DNA from: an uncultured Acidobacteriota bacterium
GTDB lineage: Bacteria > Acidobacteriota > UBA6911
Length of the DNA stretch: 64,000 nt
NCBI GenBank assembly: GCA_963843575.1
Contig: CAWJKZ010000025.1
Span: 224,001 to 288,000 of the forward strand
Reading direction: 5' to 3'
The position numbers and the translations under genes were made by a program. The notes under the pieces are model-generated. The model saw only the letters and a list, made by a program, of their open reading frames with translations, was not told the origin of the DNA and ran no database searches. Positions 10,051 to 23,899 of this stretch are shown one piece after another. Positions within the stretch are counted from its first letter, which is position 1. The number at the start of each line of letters is the position of its first letter.

Positions 10051-11109
10051 TCACCGCCAACCCTCCTCGTAGCCAGTCTGGTAGAGGGCCAGGATGTTTT
10101 CGAGCGGGGTGATCGCTTGAAGGTTGTGGCAGGGTGCGAGTATGTAGCCGCCGCCGGAGCCGAGGATGCGATGGTTGTCGCGGACCTCCTGCCGCACGTC
10201 CTCCGGCGAGCCGAACGGCATCGTGTGCTGGTTGTCCATCGCGCCGTGGAATACGAGCCGATCTCCGAAATCGTGTTTGAGTCCCTCGCGCTCCATCCCG
10301 CTGCAACGCCACTGCACGGGGTTGAGGATGTCCATCCCGATATCGATCAGGTCGGGGATCACCTTGCGCACCGCGCCGTCGCTGTGGGTCATGACAAACG
10401 CGCCCCCCTCGTGCACGAGCCGCATCATTCGCTTCATCCGCGGCAGGAAGAACTCCCGGATGTGTCGCGGCGAATACATCAGGTCGTTCATGGTGCCGAA
10501 GTCCTCGCCGACCTGCACATACGTGACCCGTCCCGGAAGCGATTCGAAGGTGCGCAGGATGCGTTGGTACTCGAAGTCGAAGATCTTCTCCAGGCAGTAG
10601 TGCACGAATTCCTGGTTCTCGGCCAAGTCCAGGAACGCCTGCTCCATGCCGCGAAAATCCTTGTAAAGGTAGTACGGCTCGGAGATCGGCCCTTCCACCG
10701 GGTATGCCTCCCGCGCCGCGACCTGCCCGGGAAGCACGCTGTAGTCGTACCAGTCCGGCTGCGGCCAGACGTAGTCCTTCTCGAGTTCCGCGATGGAGCG
10801 GTACCGCGCCAGCGGGTGGGAAACGGCCTCCTCGTACGTGCCGGCGCCATAGTCCACCCGTCGGTAGACGACGCCAAACTCGTTGGCCCCCCGGGGCAGC
10901 GCCGGCCCGACATAGGCCGGCGCCAACACCACGGGCCGATCGATGTGGAGACGCTCGAAGACTTCCCACATGTCGTCGCAGCCGAAATGGCGCAGCAGGG
11001 CGCGATCGACTTCCGGGGTCGCCCAGTAGTCCATGGGAACCCGATCCGGCTTTTGCCGGCGCAGGGTGGCCTGCCAGCGTTCTACAGGGGCCATCGTCTC
11101 CGTTCGCAT
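10051..11109 (-). CDS. Uroporphyrinogen decarboxylase-family (URO-D/MtaA-like) protein
   Basis: PDRVP, EDFGTMNDL, HSDGAV, LNPVQ, GGGYILAPCHNLQ motifs; start uncertain. Confidence 0.85.
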   Translation of the reverse strand: MRTETMAPVERWQATLRRQKPDRVPMDYWATPEVDRALLRHFGCDDMWEVFERLHIDRPVVLAPAYVGPALPRGANEFGVVYRRVDYGAGTYEEAVSHPLARYRSIAELEKDYVWPQPDWYDYSVLPGQVAAREAYPVEGPISEPYYLYKDFRGMEQAFLDLAENQEFVHYCLEKIFDFEYQRILRTFESLPGRVTYVQVGEDFGTMNDLMYSPRHIREFFLPRMKRMMRLVHEGGAFVMTHSDGAVRKVIPDLIDIGMDILNPVQWRCSGMEREGLKHDFGDRLVFHGAMDNQHTMPFGSPEDVRQEVRDNHRILGSGGGYILAPCHNLQAITPLENILALYQTGYEEGWR

Positions 11110-11378
11110 AGGAGGGCAACTTACCGCAGTTTCAGCCGTTTCCGTCGGAGTTTCTGCAAATCGCCGCGGGAGTTCCCGAGCGGCGTCGCCACGACGCAGC
11201 CCACGCAGTTTGCTCATTTGTGCGTTTCACCTCGGTCCCCGGGTTGCTGCCCAATCCCAGGGGCGGGGCCGGGCCGTCACTGCCCACTTGTGGCAACGTC
11301 CCGCTTGCAAAAGGGCGACGGCTGAGTGCAGCATAGTCCGGTCTCGACACCGTGATTCTTGCCCGGAGGATGGGTTCT

Positions 11379-12893
<1,515 letters not shown>

Positions 12894-12911
12894 CACCCAG
12901 TGTCCGTAAAG

Positions 12912-13021
12912 CAAGTGGGTCCGGGCTTCAGCCCGGACGTCTTCTGATCTGATCTATGTGGCGACGGGCGCACGTTATAGCGACCGCAAACGGCGTTCGG
13001 GCGGAAGCCCGGACCCACTTG
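12912..13021. repeat. REP doublet (REPIN-like) element
   Basis: caagtgggtccgggcttcagcccggac ... gaagcccggacccacttg in inverted orientation; near-identical reverse-complement copy at 26196-26299. Confidence 0.85.
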
Positions 13022-13031
13022 GGTTGGCTGC

Positions 13032-14840
13032 CTAGCGGCTCCCGGCGAGGGCAAAATCGAGGGTCACGTCGCGAAGCTGGCTTCGGATCTGCTCGAACAG
13101 GTTCCAGTCCGACAGCCGCTCGTCGGTCATCTCCAGCATCGGCGTCAAGAGTGGTGCGAAGTCGGCAAATATGCTCTTCATCTGCCCGTCGTGGCCGGCC
13201 GCGCGGGCACGCAACCTCGAGGTCGCCGGAACCGTCGCGCTGAACCGTCCGCCGGGCGCACGCACTTCCGACTTCTTTACGGGTATTCGGCCGTCCATCT
13301 CGACAACCTCGACGACGGCGTCGAGAGCCTGGCCCGTCCGGGCGTCCCGCACCGTTCCCCGAACCCGCGCGAGTTCCGGCCGCGGCGCGCGGTAGTCCGC
13401 GCCTTCGAAATAGATGGGATTGGTGATGGCCACCTGGCCGGGGCCGGCCCCGAGGACGCGCACGATGTACCAGGCGGTGCCGGGCTCCGACACCTCCCCG
13501 GCGTCGGGCGTACCAGGTGCCCAGGAGCGGATGACGGCACCATTTCGGATCAGCTCGATCCTGGTCGCGTCACCCCAGGTCTCGACCCGCACCGGCAAGG
13601 GCGCGCCGTGTGGCGCCCGCACCACGTCGCCGGGCTCGTGCCCGCCGATTTTGAGGAGTACCAGGGGCCCGCTCGTGATGAAGTTCCGCCCCTGTTTCAT
13701 CGCCTGCGCGATTGCGGCGAAGGTCGGGTCACCCACGACGCGCGTGTAGACCCGCACCCTCCCCGGGACGCCGCCGCCGGGGTTGTCGAACGTCGTGTCG
13801 GAAGACGCCGTCGCGGGCATCCGGTACCCGTGGTTCAGCAGCAGGAACCACAGTTCCAGGGCGCGCCGGTTCGTCTCGCGCTCCTCCGGCTGCATCATGA
13901 TGTCGACGGCGTCGTAGCTGGGCCCGGCGATCGTGTCGAAGGGCAGCTCGGCGGCCATGTTGGAGATCCGCTTGCGCTCCTCGACCGGGAATCCGCCCGT
14001 ACCGCCCCACTTCCCCCACCACCAGCGGTGCGGGTGGGTGTAGACGCTGATGCCCCCGGCCGAGTGTATGAGAGCGTGCATCTCGAAGTTCGGCACCGGA
14101 GGCTTGAAGCTCTCGTAGTCCCAGGCGCTCATGGTGAGCAGTTCGGAGATGACGTCACGGCCGTCGGGCGTCCGTCCGCGCAGTGCGACGGTCCAGCCGT
14201 GCCCCGCGCAGTGCGTCACGTCGCCGCGCCAGTAGTTCTTCGGCGCCTCGAGGTTCCAGGAAATCCGGAAATCCGGCGCACTGACTTGCTCGCACTCGCG
14301 GGTGAGGTTTTCCGGGGTCGGATCCGCGAGGCTCCAGTGCTGGGCCAGCGAAAGGTAATCGAGACCCTCGGCCCGCGCCGCCAGCGCGATCTGGGCGAAG
14401 CCCACCGGGACCTTGCGCTCGCCGTGAATCATGTGGACGTGGTTGTCGCCGCCGACCCAGCCGAGCCGGCGCAAGGGTGAACGCCGGGCCAGGCGGAACT
14501 CGAGGCCGTGCCGCTGCCCCGCGGTTGCCGTCAGCTCCCGCGTCTGCGGGATGTAGTCGAAGCCCCGGCTCACCGCAACCGTGACCGGGCCCGGGGCAAC
14601 CGTCTTCTCGAACAACCCGTTCGAGCGGAATCCTCCGCGGAAGCTGGGGTGTTCGGTCAGGACGGTGCCGCCCGCGTCCCGGATCGTGACGGTAGCCGGC
14701 ATCACACTCCCGGACTCGGCGTCGAGCACGCGGCCGGCGATCACCGCGTCCGCGCCCGGGGCCGCCGGCCTGACCGCGGCAGGTGTGGTGAAGAAGAGGC
14801 CGAAGCCAAGAAGGGATGCCGCGATGTCTGCAATTCGCAC
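13032..14840 (-). CDS. Secreted CehA/McbA-like PHP metallohydrolase
   Basis: Signal peptide; GDNHVHM, YTHPH, ATASSD, GRNFITSGP, TNPIY motifs. Confidence 0.75.
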   Translation of the reverse strand: MRIADIAASLLGFGLFFTTPAAVRPAAPGADAVIAGRVLDAESGSVMPATVTIRDAGGTVLTEHPSFRGGFRSNGLFEKTVAPGPVTVAVSRGFDYIPQTRELTATAGQRHGLEFRLARRSPLRRLGWVGGDNHVHMIHGERKVPVGFAQIALAARAEGLDYLSLAQHWSLADPTPENLTRECEQVSAPDFRISWNLEAPKNYWRGDVTHCAGHGWTVALRGRTPDGRDVISELLTMSAWDYESFKPPVPNFEMHALIHSAGGISVYTHPHRWWWGKWGGTGGFPVEERKRISNMAAELPFDTIAGPSYDAVDIMMQPEERETNRRALELWFLLLNHGYRMPATASSDTTFDNPGGGVPGRVRVYTRVVGDPTFAAIAQAMKQGRNFITSGPLVLLKIGGHEPGDVVRAPHGAPLPVRVETWGDATRIELIRNGAVIRSWAPGTPDAGEVSEPGTAWYIVRVLGAGPGQVAITNPIYFEGADYRAPRPELARVRGTVRDARTGQALDAVVEVVEMDGRIPVKKSEVRAPGGRFSATVPATSRLRARAAGHDGQMKSIFADFAPLLTPMLEMTDERLSDWNLFEQIRSQLRDVTLDFALAGSR

Positions 14841-14869
14841 GACGAGAGTTTCCTCTGTAACCTACCGAG

Positions 14870-14940
14870 CTAAGGATTCGTGTTCATGAATATGCCAAAA
14901 AACGTTCCAGGACGCGGATTTGCGCGGATGCACGCGAATT
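14870..14940. repeat. Diverged copy of the TTTTTCAGGACGCGGAT repeat family
   Basis: gtgttcatgaatatgcc...ccaggacgcggatttgcgcggat resembles 53010-53060 and the reverse complement of 50460-50520. Confidence 0.55.
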
Positions 14941-15057
14941 TTGACTTGGTGGAATGCCGGGCGCGGCCGCGCAGGGCGCAGAGTCGCGGAGTTCGTTTCT
15001 CCGAGGATCCCTGCGCCCGTATCGTCGCGGTTGTGAGTCTTGGTCGTCGCGGCCGGG

Positions 15058-16176
<1,119 letters not shown>

Positions 16177-16253
16177 TTAACTATACCCGATTTTCGCCCC
16201 TCGATGAACCCCACAGCGAACTGCCGGCGGAGAATGGCGCCCGCGCGGGGGCG

Positions 16254-17409
16254 TCAGCAGCCCGCCAGGGCGGCCTTCATCCGCTCGAGCGCCTGGAGGA
16301 GCGTCGCGCGCGGGCAGGCGAAATTCAACCGCGCGAAGCCTCCGCCCGGCTCCCCGAATTGCGGTCCGGCAGGAGAGCGCGACCCCGGCCCGCTCCAGGA
16401 AGAACTTCTGCGGGTCGCCGGGTATCGCGGAGCCGCGGCAGTCCAGCCACGCCAGGTACGTCGCTTCCGGCTTCCACATGGTGATGCCCGGCAGTTCGCG
16501 GGCGACGAAGTCCGCCACCAGGTCGCGGTTTCCCTCGAGGTACTCGAGCGCCTGGACCAGCCACTCGTCGCCGTCGCGGTAGGCCGCCAGTGCGGCAACC
16601 AGTCCGAGTGCGTTCACCTCGGGGAAAAACGGGGGCTCGGTCGTCTGCAGCCGGCGGCGCAGCGCGGGATCGGTCACGATGGCCATCGAGCAATGCAGCC
16701 CGGGGATGTTGAACGTCTTGCTCGGCGCCATCAGGGTGACCGTGCGGGCGGCGACCTCCGGCGCGAGCGCCGCGACGGGCGTGTGCCGGACGCCGCGGTA
16801 CAGGATGTCGCAGTGGATTTCGTCGGAGCAGATCAGCACCCCCCGGCGCAGGCAGATGGCGGCCAACCGCTGCAGCTCCTCCGGCCGGAACGCGCGCCCC
16901 ACCGGGTTGTGCGGGTTGCAGAGGATCAGGACGCGGGTCCGATCCGTCATCGCGGCCTCGAGCGAGGCGAAATCGATCTCGTAGGCCCCCCCCGGCAGGC
17001 GGACGAGCGGGGACTGCTGCAGTTCGAGCCCACTCTGCCGCGGCGCGCCGAGGATGGGAGGATAGACCGGGGGCTGCACCAGCACCGCCTCGCCCGCGGC
17101 GGCCGCCATCCGGCAGACGCGGTTGAAGCCGAGCACCACCCCGGGCTGGAACAGGATGGCGTCGGGGTGGACCCGCCACCCGTAAAGGCGCATCAGCCGG
17201 GCCGCGATGACGTCGCGCAGCGCGCCGGACTCGCGCGCGTAGCCGAAAATGCCGTGGTCTATGCGCCTGTGCAGCGCCGCCAGTATCGGTTCGGCTACCC
17301 TGAAGTCCATGTCCGCGGTCCAGAGCGGGAGCACGTCCGCCGGATAGTAGCCCCACTTGGTGCTGTCGGAATCCCTCCGGTCGATCACCCGGTCGAAGTC
17401 GTAGCGCAT
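16254..17409 (-). CDS. MalY/PatB-family PLP-dependent cystathionine beta-lyase/aminotransferase; apparent frameshift near 16370
   Basis: LPLWTADMDF, CNPHNPVGR, SDEIH, APSKTFNIPGL; the C-terminal FARLNFACPRATL lies in the frame ending at 16254. Confidence 0.88.
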
Positions 17410-17582
17410 GTTTTAACGATATAGCCACCAATCCCCCGGTGTCATTCCTTTTACTGCGTGTGGGCGGGGGCGGCCCGCCCCCGCCCGGGTGGGCAATCGG
17501 GAAAACCCACCGGCCGGGGAAATTCCACGGGCCGCGCCGGGCCGTCGCGGCCCACACCGAAATGATGTTATCTTATGCCGCT

Positions 17583-18503
17583 ATGCGCAGGCCGGCACTG
17601 GTGGACCTCTTGATGGTGAGCGTGACCCTGATCTGGGGTATGAACTTCTCGATCATGAAGCACGCCTACGTCTACTTCGATCCGCTCGCATTTACCGCAC
17701 TGCGCTTCACGATCGCCGTCCTCACGCTCGCGCTCGTCCTCAAGGTGCGCGGCATTCCGTTGACGGCCGACCGCGCGGACCTCCCCTCGCTGGCGGGACT
17801 CGGGTTCTTGAGCCAGACGCTCTACCAGATCCTGTTCGTCCTGGGCTTGGCCGCGACGAAGGCGGGTAATGCCGGGCTGCTGGCTTCGCTTTCGCCCGTC
17901 TTCGCCTACGCCTCCGGGATTTTGCTGAAACGCGAGGTGTTCAGCCGCCGGGTGCTGGCCGGGATGCTGCTCTCGCTCGCCGGGGTTGTCGCGGTGGTCC
18001 TCTTCGGCTCCAAGGAAATCGAATTCGGCTCGGCCATCCGTGGCGATGCTCTGATCCTGGGTTCGACCCTGTGTTGGGGCTGGTACACCGGCGGGGCGAC
18101 CCGGCTGGCGGTGAAATATGGGGCGCTGCGGCTGACCTTCTGGCTGATGCTGACCGGGACCGCCGGGCTGGTCCCGATCCTGATCCCTTCGATCCTACAC
18201 CAGGACTGGTTCGCCATCCCAGCCAGGGGGTGGCTGGAGTTCGGCTACTCGACTTTTCTCTCCATCGTCTACAGCTACGTCGTCTGGTCGTTTGCGCTGG
18301 AGCACCTGGGCGTCTCGGGCACGGCGGTCTACTCGAACGTCACCCCGATGGTCGCCCTGATCGGGGCCTGGTTCCTGCTGGGCGAACGGCCGGGCCTCCC
18401 CCAGGTCGCCGGCATCGCCCTGATCCTCACGGGCGTCTTCATGGTCCGCTCGCGGAGGCTGGCGCTCAGGCTTGCCGGAGCCAGCCGTCAAACGCGCTCG
18501 TAG
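17583..18503 (+). CDS. EamA/DMT family transporter
   Basis: About ten TM helices, IWGMNF and duplicated EamA halves. Confidence 0.88.
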   Translation: MRRPALVDLLMVSVTLIWGMNFSIMKHAYVYFDPLAFTALRFTIAVLTLALVLKVRGIPLTADRADLPSLAGLGFLSQTLYQILFVLGLAATKAGNAGLLASLSPVFAYASGILLKREVFSRRVLAGMLLSLAGVVAVVLFGSKEIEFGSAIRGDALILGSTLCWGWYTGGATRLAVKYGALRLTFWLMLTGTAGLVPILIPSILHQDWFAIPARGWLEFGYSTFLSIVYSYVVWSFALEHLGVSGTAVYSNVTPMVALIGAWFLLGERPGLPQVAGIALILTGVFMVRSRRLALRLAGASRQTRS

Positions 18504-19261
18504 GACTCGCGCACCTCGGCCGGCCCCCATGCCCGCTCCAGGCGGCGCACGATGAAGTGTCCCCGCGCCATATCCTGGAAGTGGTTGATGAAAATGGTGT
18601 TGACCAATGCGCCCCCCGCCGCTCCGATGATCGGCACCGCCTGCGCGGCCAGTTTTTCGGACACCACCACCCCGAAGCGCGACGAGAGCGTCACGATGAG
18701 CCGCACGAGCGGGGGGGCGCCCTCCTCGACCAGCCCTCGCTCCGTGATGTACTTAGCCGCCTCCGAAACAGTCCGGGCAAGTGCCGCACGCACGGCAAAG
18801 TAGCCGGTCTCGGTCGCGTTGTCCCCGGGTGCCTTGCCCCCGAGCGCAAAAACCTCGAGGCAGGCCAGCCGGCTTTCGATGCTGCGGATGTTCTCCCCTT
18901 CGCTGCGCGCGATGTCCGCGATGGAACGCAGCATCACGGTCGTGGTCAGCGGGAGCTCGACGACTAGCGCGGGCAGCCCGAAAATTCCGGCTGCAGCCCC
19001 GTCCGCAGCGGCAATCACGCGATGCAGCGCGTTGGACGCGGGCCGGCCCGGCTTGTCTTTCAAGGTGTTGACGGCGACGCCAAGCGCCTTCTGCATCGAC
19101 TTGCGGGCCGCGCTCTGCACCACGCCGGCCCAGGAGGCCGGGAGCATCGCGAGGCCTTTCTCGATCGGAATCCCGACCATGCCGGTGACCTTGGCCGCGA
19201 GGCCGGGATTCTCCAGCAATTGCTTGGCTTTACTGAGGTCTTCAAGTTCGTCGATGGTCAT
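18488..19261 (-). CDS. EcsC-family protein
   Basis: ELPLTTTVMLRSIADIARSEGE, CLEVFALGG, AAQAVPIIGAAGGALVN..F..HFQ motifs. Confidence 0.85.
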   Translation of the reverse strand: MTIDELEDLSKAKQLLENPGLAAKVTGMVGIPIEKGLAMLPASWAGVVQSAARKSMQKALGVAVNTLKDKPGRPASNALHRVIAAADGAAAGIFGLPALVVELPLTTTVMLRSIADIARSEGENIRSIESRLACLEVFALGGKAPGDNATETGYFAVRAALARTVSEAAKYITERGLVEEGAPPLVRLIVTLSSRFGVVVSEKLAAQAVPIIGAAGGALVNTIFINHFQDMARGHFIVRRLERAWGPAEVRESYERV

Positions 19262-19317
19262 GGTCCCCACCCCCGGGCAGCGCCGGGCTGGCTCGGCCCA
19301 CTCCGCTGTCCACCCTA

Positions 19318-21210
19318 TTATGCACGGGAATCGAGTTCGTGCCACCGTGCATAGACGTCGAGCAACTCCCGGGGCAGCTCTTCCAGCCGCGCCAGCTTGG
19401 CACGGATCGATTCAGCCGGCTCGCGGTAGAAATCCGGGTGAGCTACTGCGGCGCCCAGCCTGCGCTGCTCTTCCTCGAGCGCTTCGATGCGCGAGGGCAG
19501 GCACTCGAGTTCCCGCGCTTCGTTATAGGAGAGCTTCCTCCGGCCCTGAGGCCGACCGACCGCCCCTGGGAGGCGCGGCTCACTTCGCTCCCTTACGGCG
19601 GTGGGAGCCGGGGCCGGGGGCCGTTGCCGCAACCAGTCCTCGAAGCCGCCGACGTACTCCTGTACGCGCCCGTCCCCCTCGAACACCAGGGTGCTGGTAA
19701 CGGCGTTGTCCAGGAACACGCGGTCGTGGGTAACCAGCAGCAGGGTTCCGGCGAACTCCACCAGCTGCGCCTCCAACAGCTCCAGGGTTTCCAGGTCCAG
19801 GTCGTTGGTCGGCTCGTCGAGCACCAGGACATTGGCGGGGCGGGTGAACAGGCGCGCGAGCATCAGCCGGTTGCGCTCACCTCCCGACAGCGCCTTGACG
19901 GGAGCACGCGCCCGTTCGGCCGGGAAGAGAAAGTCGCGCAGATAGCCGTTGACGTGACGCGAGCGACCATTCACGGTCACGGTCTCGTTGCCCTCCCCGA
20001 TCGTGTCGAACACGCTCTTTTCGGGGTCGAGCTGCTCGCGCTGCTGGTCATAGTAGGCGACCTGGACGTTGCTGCCGCGCCGGACCGAACCGATGTCGGG
20101 GTCGATCTCGCCCAACAGCAGCCGCAGCAGCGTGGTCTTCCCCGAGCCGTTCGGCCCGATCAGGCCGACCCGGTCGCCGCGCATGATCCGGGTGGAGAAG
20201 TCGCGCACGACGGCGCGGCCGTCGAAAGACTTGCCGACCCGGCGCGCCTCGAACACCAGGCGCCCCGACGGGTCGCCGAGCTCCACCTGGATGCGGGCGG
20301 CCCCGACCTGGGCGCGCCGCGCGGCCCGCTCGGCGCGCAGGGCGAGCAGGGCGCGGACGCGCCCCTCGTTCCGGGTCCGCCGGGCTTTGATCCCCCGGCG
20401 CACCCAGGCTTCCTCGCCCGCCAGCCGCTTGTCGAACTTCGATTGCCGAAGCGCCTCGTTGGCCAGCCACTCCTCTTTTCTGCGCAAGAACCCGGCGTAG
20501 TCTCCCGGCCAAGTCGTGAGCCGGCCGCGGTCGAGTTCCACGATGCGGGTGGCGAGGCGCTGCAGGAACGCCCGGTCGTGGGTCACGAAGACGACGCTGC
20601 CGGGGTATTCGGCCAGAAACGACTCCATCCAGGTGATCGCATCAAGGTCGAGGTGGTTCGTCGGCTCGTCGAGCAGCAGCAGGTCGGGTTCGCCGACCAG
20701 CGCGCGGGCGAGCAGCGTGCGGCGCTTCCAGCCGCCCGAGAGCGTATCCACGACAGCCTCGCCCGGCAATCCCAGTTGCCCCAGCACCATTTCGACGCGC
20801 TGCTCGAGCCGCCAGCCGTCACGCTCCTCCAGCTCGTGCTGCAGCTTCCCCAGCTTCTCCAGCAACGCCGGCGAGGCGCGTTCGGCCACTTCGACCGCGG
20901 CGTAATGGTAGGAGGTCACGAGATCGCTCAGGTCCCCCAGCCCTTCCGCTACCACGTCAAACACCGGGCGGTCCGTCGACAGCGGCACGTCCTGCACCAG
21001 CCGGGAGATCCGCAGCCCCGACTGCCGCCAGATCGAGCCCCCGTCGGGCGGCCGCTCTCCGCTCAGGATCTGCAGGAGCGTCGACTTGCCCGAACCGTTG
21101 CGACCGATCAGTGAAACCCGCTCGCCCGGCTCGATTTGCAGCGACACTTCGTCCAGAAGCGGCTCGTGGCCGAATGCGAGCGAGACCCGATCGAGCGTTG
21201 CGAGTGCCAC
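19318..21210 (-). CDS. uup: ABC-F ATPase Uup
   Basis: Two ABC domains (GRNGSGKST, GPNGSGKTT), GIKARRTRNEGRVRAL linker, C-terminal KLSYNEAREL. Confidence 0.92.
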   Translation of the reverse strand: MALATLDRVSLAFGHEPLLDEVSLQIEPGERVSLIGRNGSGKSTLLQILSGERPPDGGSIWRQSGLRISRLVQDVPLSTDRPVFDVVAEGLGDLSDLVTSYHYAAVEVAERASPALLEKLGKLQHELEERDGWRLEQRVEMVLGQLGLPGEAVVDTLSGGWKRRTLLARALVGEPDLLLLDEPTNHLDLDAITWMESFLAEYPGSVVFVTHDRAFLQRLATRIVELDRGRLTTWPGDYAGFLRRKEEWLANEALRQSKFDKRLAGEEAWVRRGIKARRTRNEGRVRALLALRAERAARRAQVGAARIQVELGDPSGRLVFEARRVGKSFDGRAVVRDFSTRIMRGDRVGLIGPNGSGKTTLLRLLLGEIDPDIGSVRRGSNVQVAYYDQQREQLDPEKSVFDTIGEGNETVTVNGRSRHVNGYLRDFLFPAERARAPVKALSGGERNRLMLARLFTRPANVLVLDEPTNDLDLETLELLEAQLVEFAGTLLLVTHDRVFLDNAVTSTLVFEGDGRVQEYVGGFEDWLRQRPPAPAPTAVRERSEPRLPGAVGRPQGRRKLSYNEARELECLPSRIEALEEEQRRLGAAVAHPDFYREPAESIRAKLARLEELPRELLDVYARWHELDSRA

Positions 21211-21409
21211 CCCAATAACCTACCACAAGATCAAGTGTGTCGGTCAGCCCGCCCGCCCCCCGATGATCCGCAGACCGGGCAATGGGCAATCCGCCCTGGA
21301 GCAACATCCGCGGGCCGCGTCGGGCCGCCGCTGCCCACTTGATTTTCCGCTTGTGCGCCTACGCTCCGGCGCAGGAGAATTGTCTCGGTTTGTCTTCACA
21401 CTAGAAGGG

Positions 21410-21622
21410 ATGTACCATGAAAGAGGACCGTACCGTCAATCGCACTGGGAGAATGTCCTTCAGTGCATGCGGACACGCGAGACACCGGTGCTCGACGGGC
21501 TGACCGCCTACACGGCCATGGTCCCGATCGCCACGTCGGTCGAGTCCTACCGCACCGGCCAGATGCTCTTTTTCGACACGCAAAAACAGCAGATCGTCAC
21601 CAAGCCGCCGAAGATGACGTAA
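21410..21622 (+). pseudogene. C-terminal remnant of a Gfo/Idh/MocA oxidoreductase
   Basis: SHWENVLQCMRTRETPVLDGLTAYTAMVPIATSVESYRTGQMLFFD resembles the family C-terminus; no Rossmann domain upstream. Confidence 0.6.
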
Positions 21623-21782
21623 GTGGGCGGGGGCGGCTCGACCCCGCCCCCCAGTGAACTGCAACCGGGAGACATCATAAGCCGCGCCGGCTGAGCCGGC
21701 CCCGGCCCCGGCGGGCCCGGGGTCGGGGGCCGCGTCGGGCCGCCGCGGCCCACTGCCTTTCATCCTTACAGGAGATACTACC

Positions 21783-23830
21783 GTGCGAAGTCGTCACGTT
21801 CTGGCCTCGTTCCTTCTTTTCCTCCTCTCTGCTGCCGCGTATGGAGCGAACCCTGCCGCCACCGCGGGAGCGCGCGACGTGCGGCTCGAATTCGACGAGG
21901 CGCTTCGCAGCCGCGTCGTCACCGCATTCGGCGGCAAGGTTTCCCCGTTCACCGAGTGGGCCCCGTCGGAGTTCGTCACCGTCGACGGCGCCGATGTGAA
22001 GGATTTCCCATTGAAACGGAAGCGCGCCGAAAATGTCAGCGACAAGTTCGGCAAAGGCCGCCGCCAGATTCTCACCGGGGAAACGGCTACCCTCCGGAAG
22101 GAGGTCAAGGCCACCGCCTATGACGCGTACCCGGCCACCGTCGTCCTCGAGGTCCGCTACACCAACATCGGACGGACCCCGGTCAAGATCGACCGCTGGA
22201 CCAGCCACCACTACGCGATCGCCGCGCGAGAACCTTCCGAGACCCCGTTCTGGTCCTTCCAGAGCGGCTCGTATGAAAACCGGCCGGCCTGGGTGCTCCC
22301 GCTGAAGGCCGGCTTCAAGCAGGACAACTTCCAGGGGATGAACGCGACCGACTATGGCGGCGGCACACCGGTCGCCGACATCTGGCGTCCCGACGGGGGG
22401 GTCGCGGTCGGCCACCTCGAACTCGTCCCCAAACTCGTCTCGCTCCCCGTCGCGATGCCCGGCGCTGCCGCTGCGGAACTCGCCGTGGCCTACGCGTGCG
22501 ACCGGACCCTGGCACCCGGAGAATCGCTCGACACCTTCCGCACCTTCGTCACCGCCCACAAGGGCGACTACTTCGCCGCCCTGCGGGAATACCGCCGTAT
22601 GATGGTCGGCCAGGGCATCCAGTTCCCCCAGGCCCCGCCCGACGCCTTCGAGCCGATCTGGTGCGCCTGGGGCTATCGGCGTACGTTCCAGCCGCCGCAG
22701 ATCTACGGGGCGCTCCCGATCGTCAAGAAACTCGGCTTCCGCTGGGTAACCCTCGACGACGGCTGGCAGACCGCCGAGGGAGACTGGTTCCTCGAGCCGA
22801 AGAAGTTCCCGCGCGGCGACCCGGACATGAAGGCCATGGTCGACCGCATCCACGCCGACGGGTTCAAAGCCCAGCTCTGGTGGGCCCCGATGTGCGTCGA
22901 TCCCGGCACCGAGAAGATCAGCTCTCACCCGGAGTGGCTGCTCCTCGACCGGGACGGCAGCCGCCACAAGATCTCCTACTGGGACGCCTTCTACCTCTGC
23001 CCCGCGACCCCGGAAGTCCGCAACGACGCGGCCGCGTTCGTGACGAAGGCGATCAGGGACTGGGGCTACGACGGCCTCAAGCTCGACGGCCAGTACATGA
23101 ACGCCGCCCCTCCCTGCTACAACCCGGCCCACCACCACAAGGACCCGAATGAGTCCGTCGAGGCCGTCCCCGCCTTTTTCAAGGCCATTTTCGACGCCGC
23201 CCGCGCGGCCAAGCCCGAAGCCGTCGTCGAATTCTGCCCGTGCGGCACTTCCTTCTCCTTCTTCACCCTCCCGTACGCGAACATGACCGTCGCCTCCGAC
23301 CCGGCCCGCTCCTGGCAGGTGCGGACCAAGGGGAAAAGCCTCAAGGCGCTCACGGGCGACGGGATCGCCTACTTCGGGGACCACGTGGAGTTGAGCGACG
23401 AGCGCCGGGACTTCGCCTCGACCGTCGCGGTGGGCGGTGTCGTCGGCACCGAGTTCACCTGGCCGGTCGGCTCCGGACCGGTCGGCCGCGGCGGGAAGAA
23501 CACCAGCGACCTCACCCCGGAACGGGAGGCGCACTGGGCAAAGTGGCTGGGAATCTACAAGGACAAGATGCTCTCGAAAGGGGAGTACCTGGGCGCGCTG
23601 TACGACATCGGCTTCGACCGGCCGGAGACCCACGCCATCCGCAAGGACGGGAAGATGTATTACGGCTACTTCGCCCCGGAATTCCAGGGCAAAGTACAGC
23701 TGCGCGGCCTGCAGGCGAGAAAATACCAGGTCGTCGACTACGAGACCGGCAAGGAGTACGGCACCGTGCAGGGGCCGACCGCAACCCTGGAGGCGTCTTC
23801 AAACACCACCTGGTGCTCGAAGCCCGGTAA
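21783..23830 (+). CDS. Secreted alpha-galactosidase (GH36-like); apparent frameshift near 23795
   Basis: WCAWGY, TLDDGWQ, GYDGLKLDG motifs; natural-looking C-terminus FKHHLVLEAR* at 23830. Confidence 0.85.
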
Positions 23831-23899
23831 CCCACTTGGACCGCGGCGGCTCGCCGCGGTCCAAGTGGGCGGGGTCGGGCCGATCCCCCGCCCACCGTG

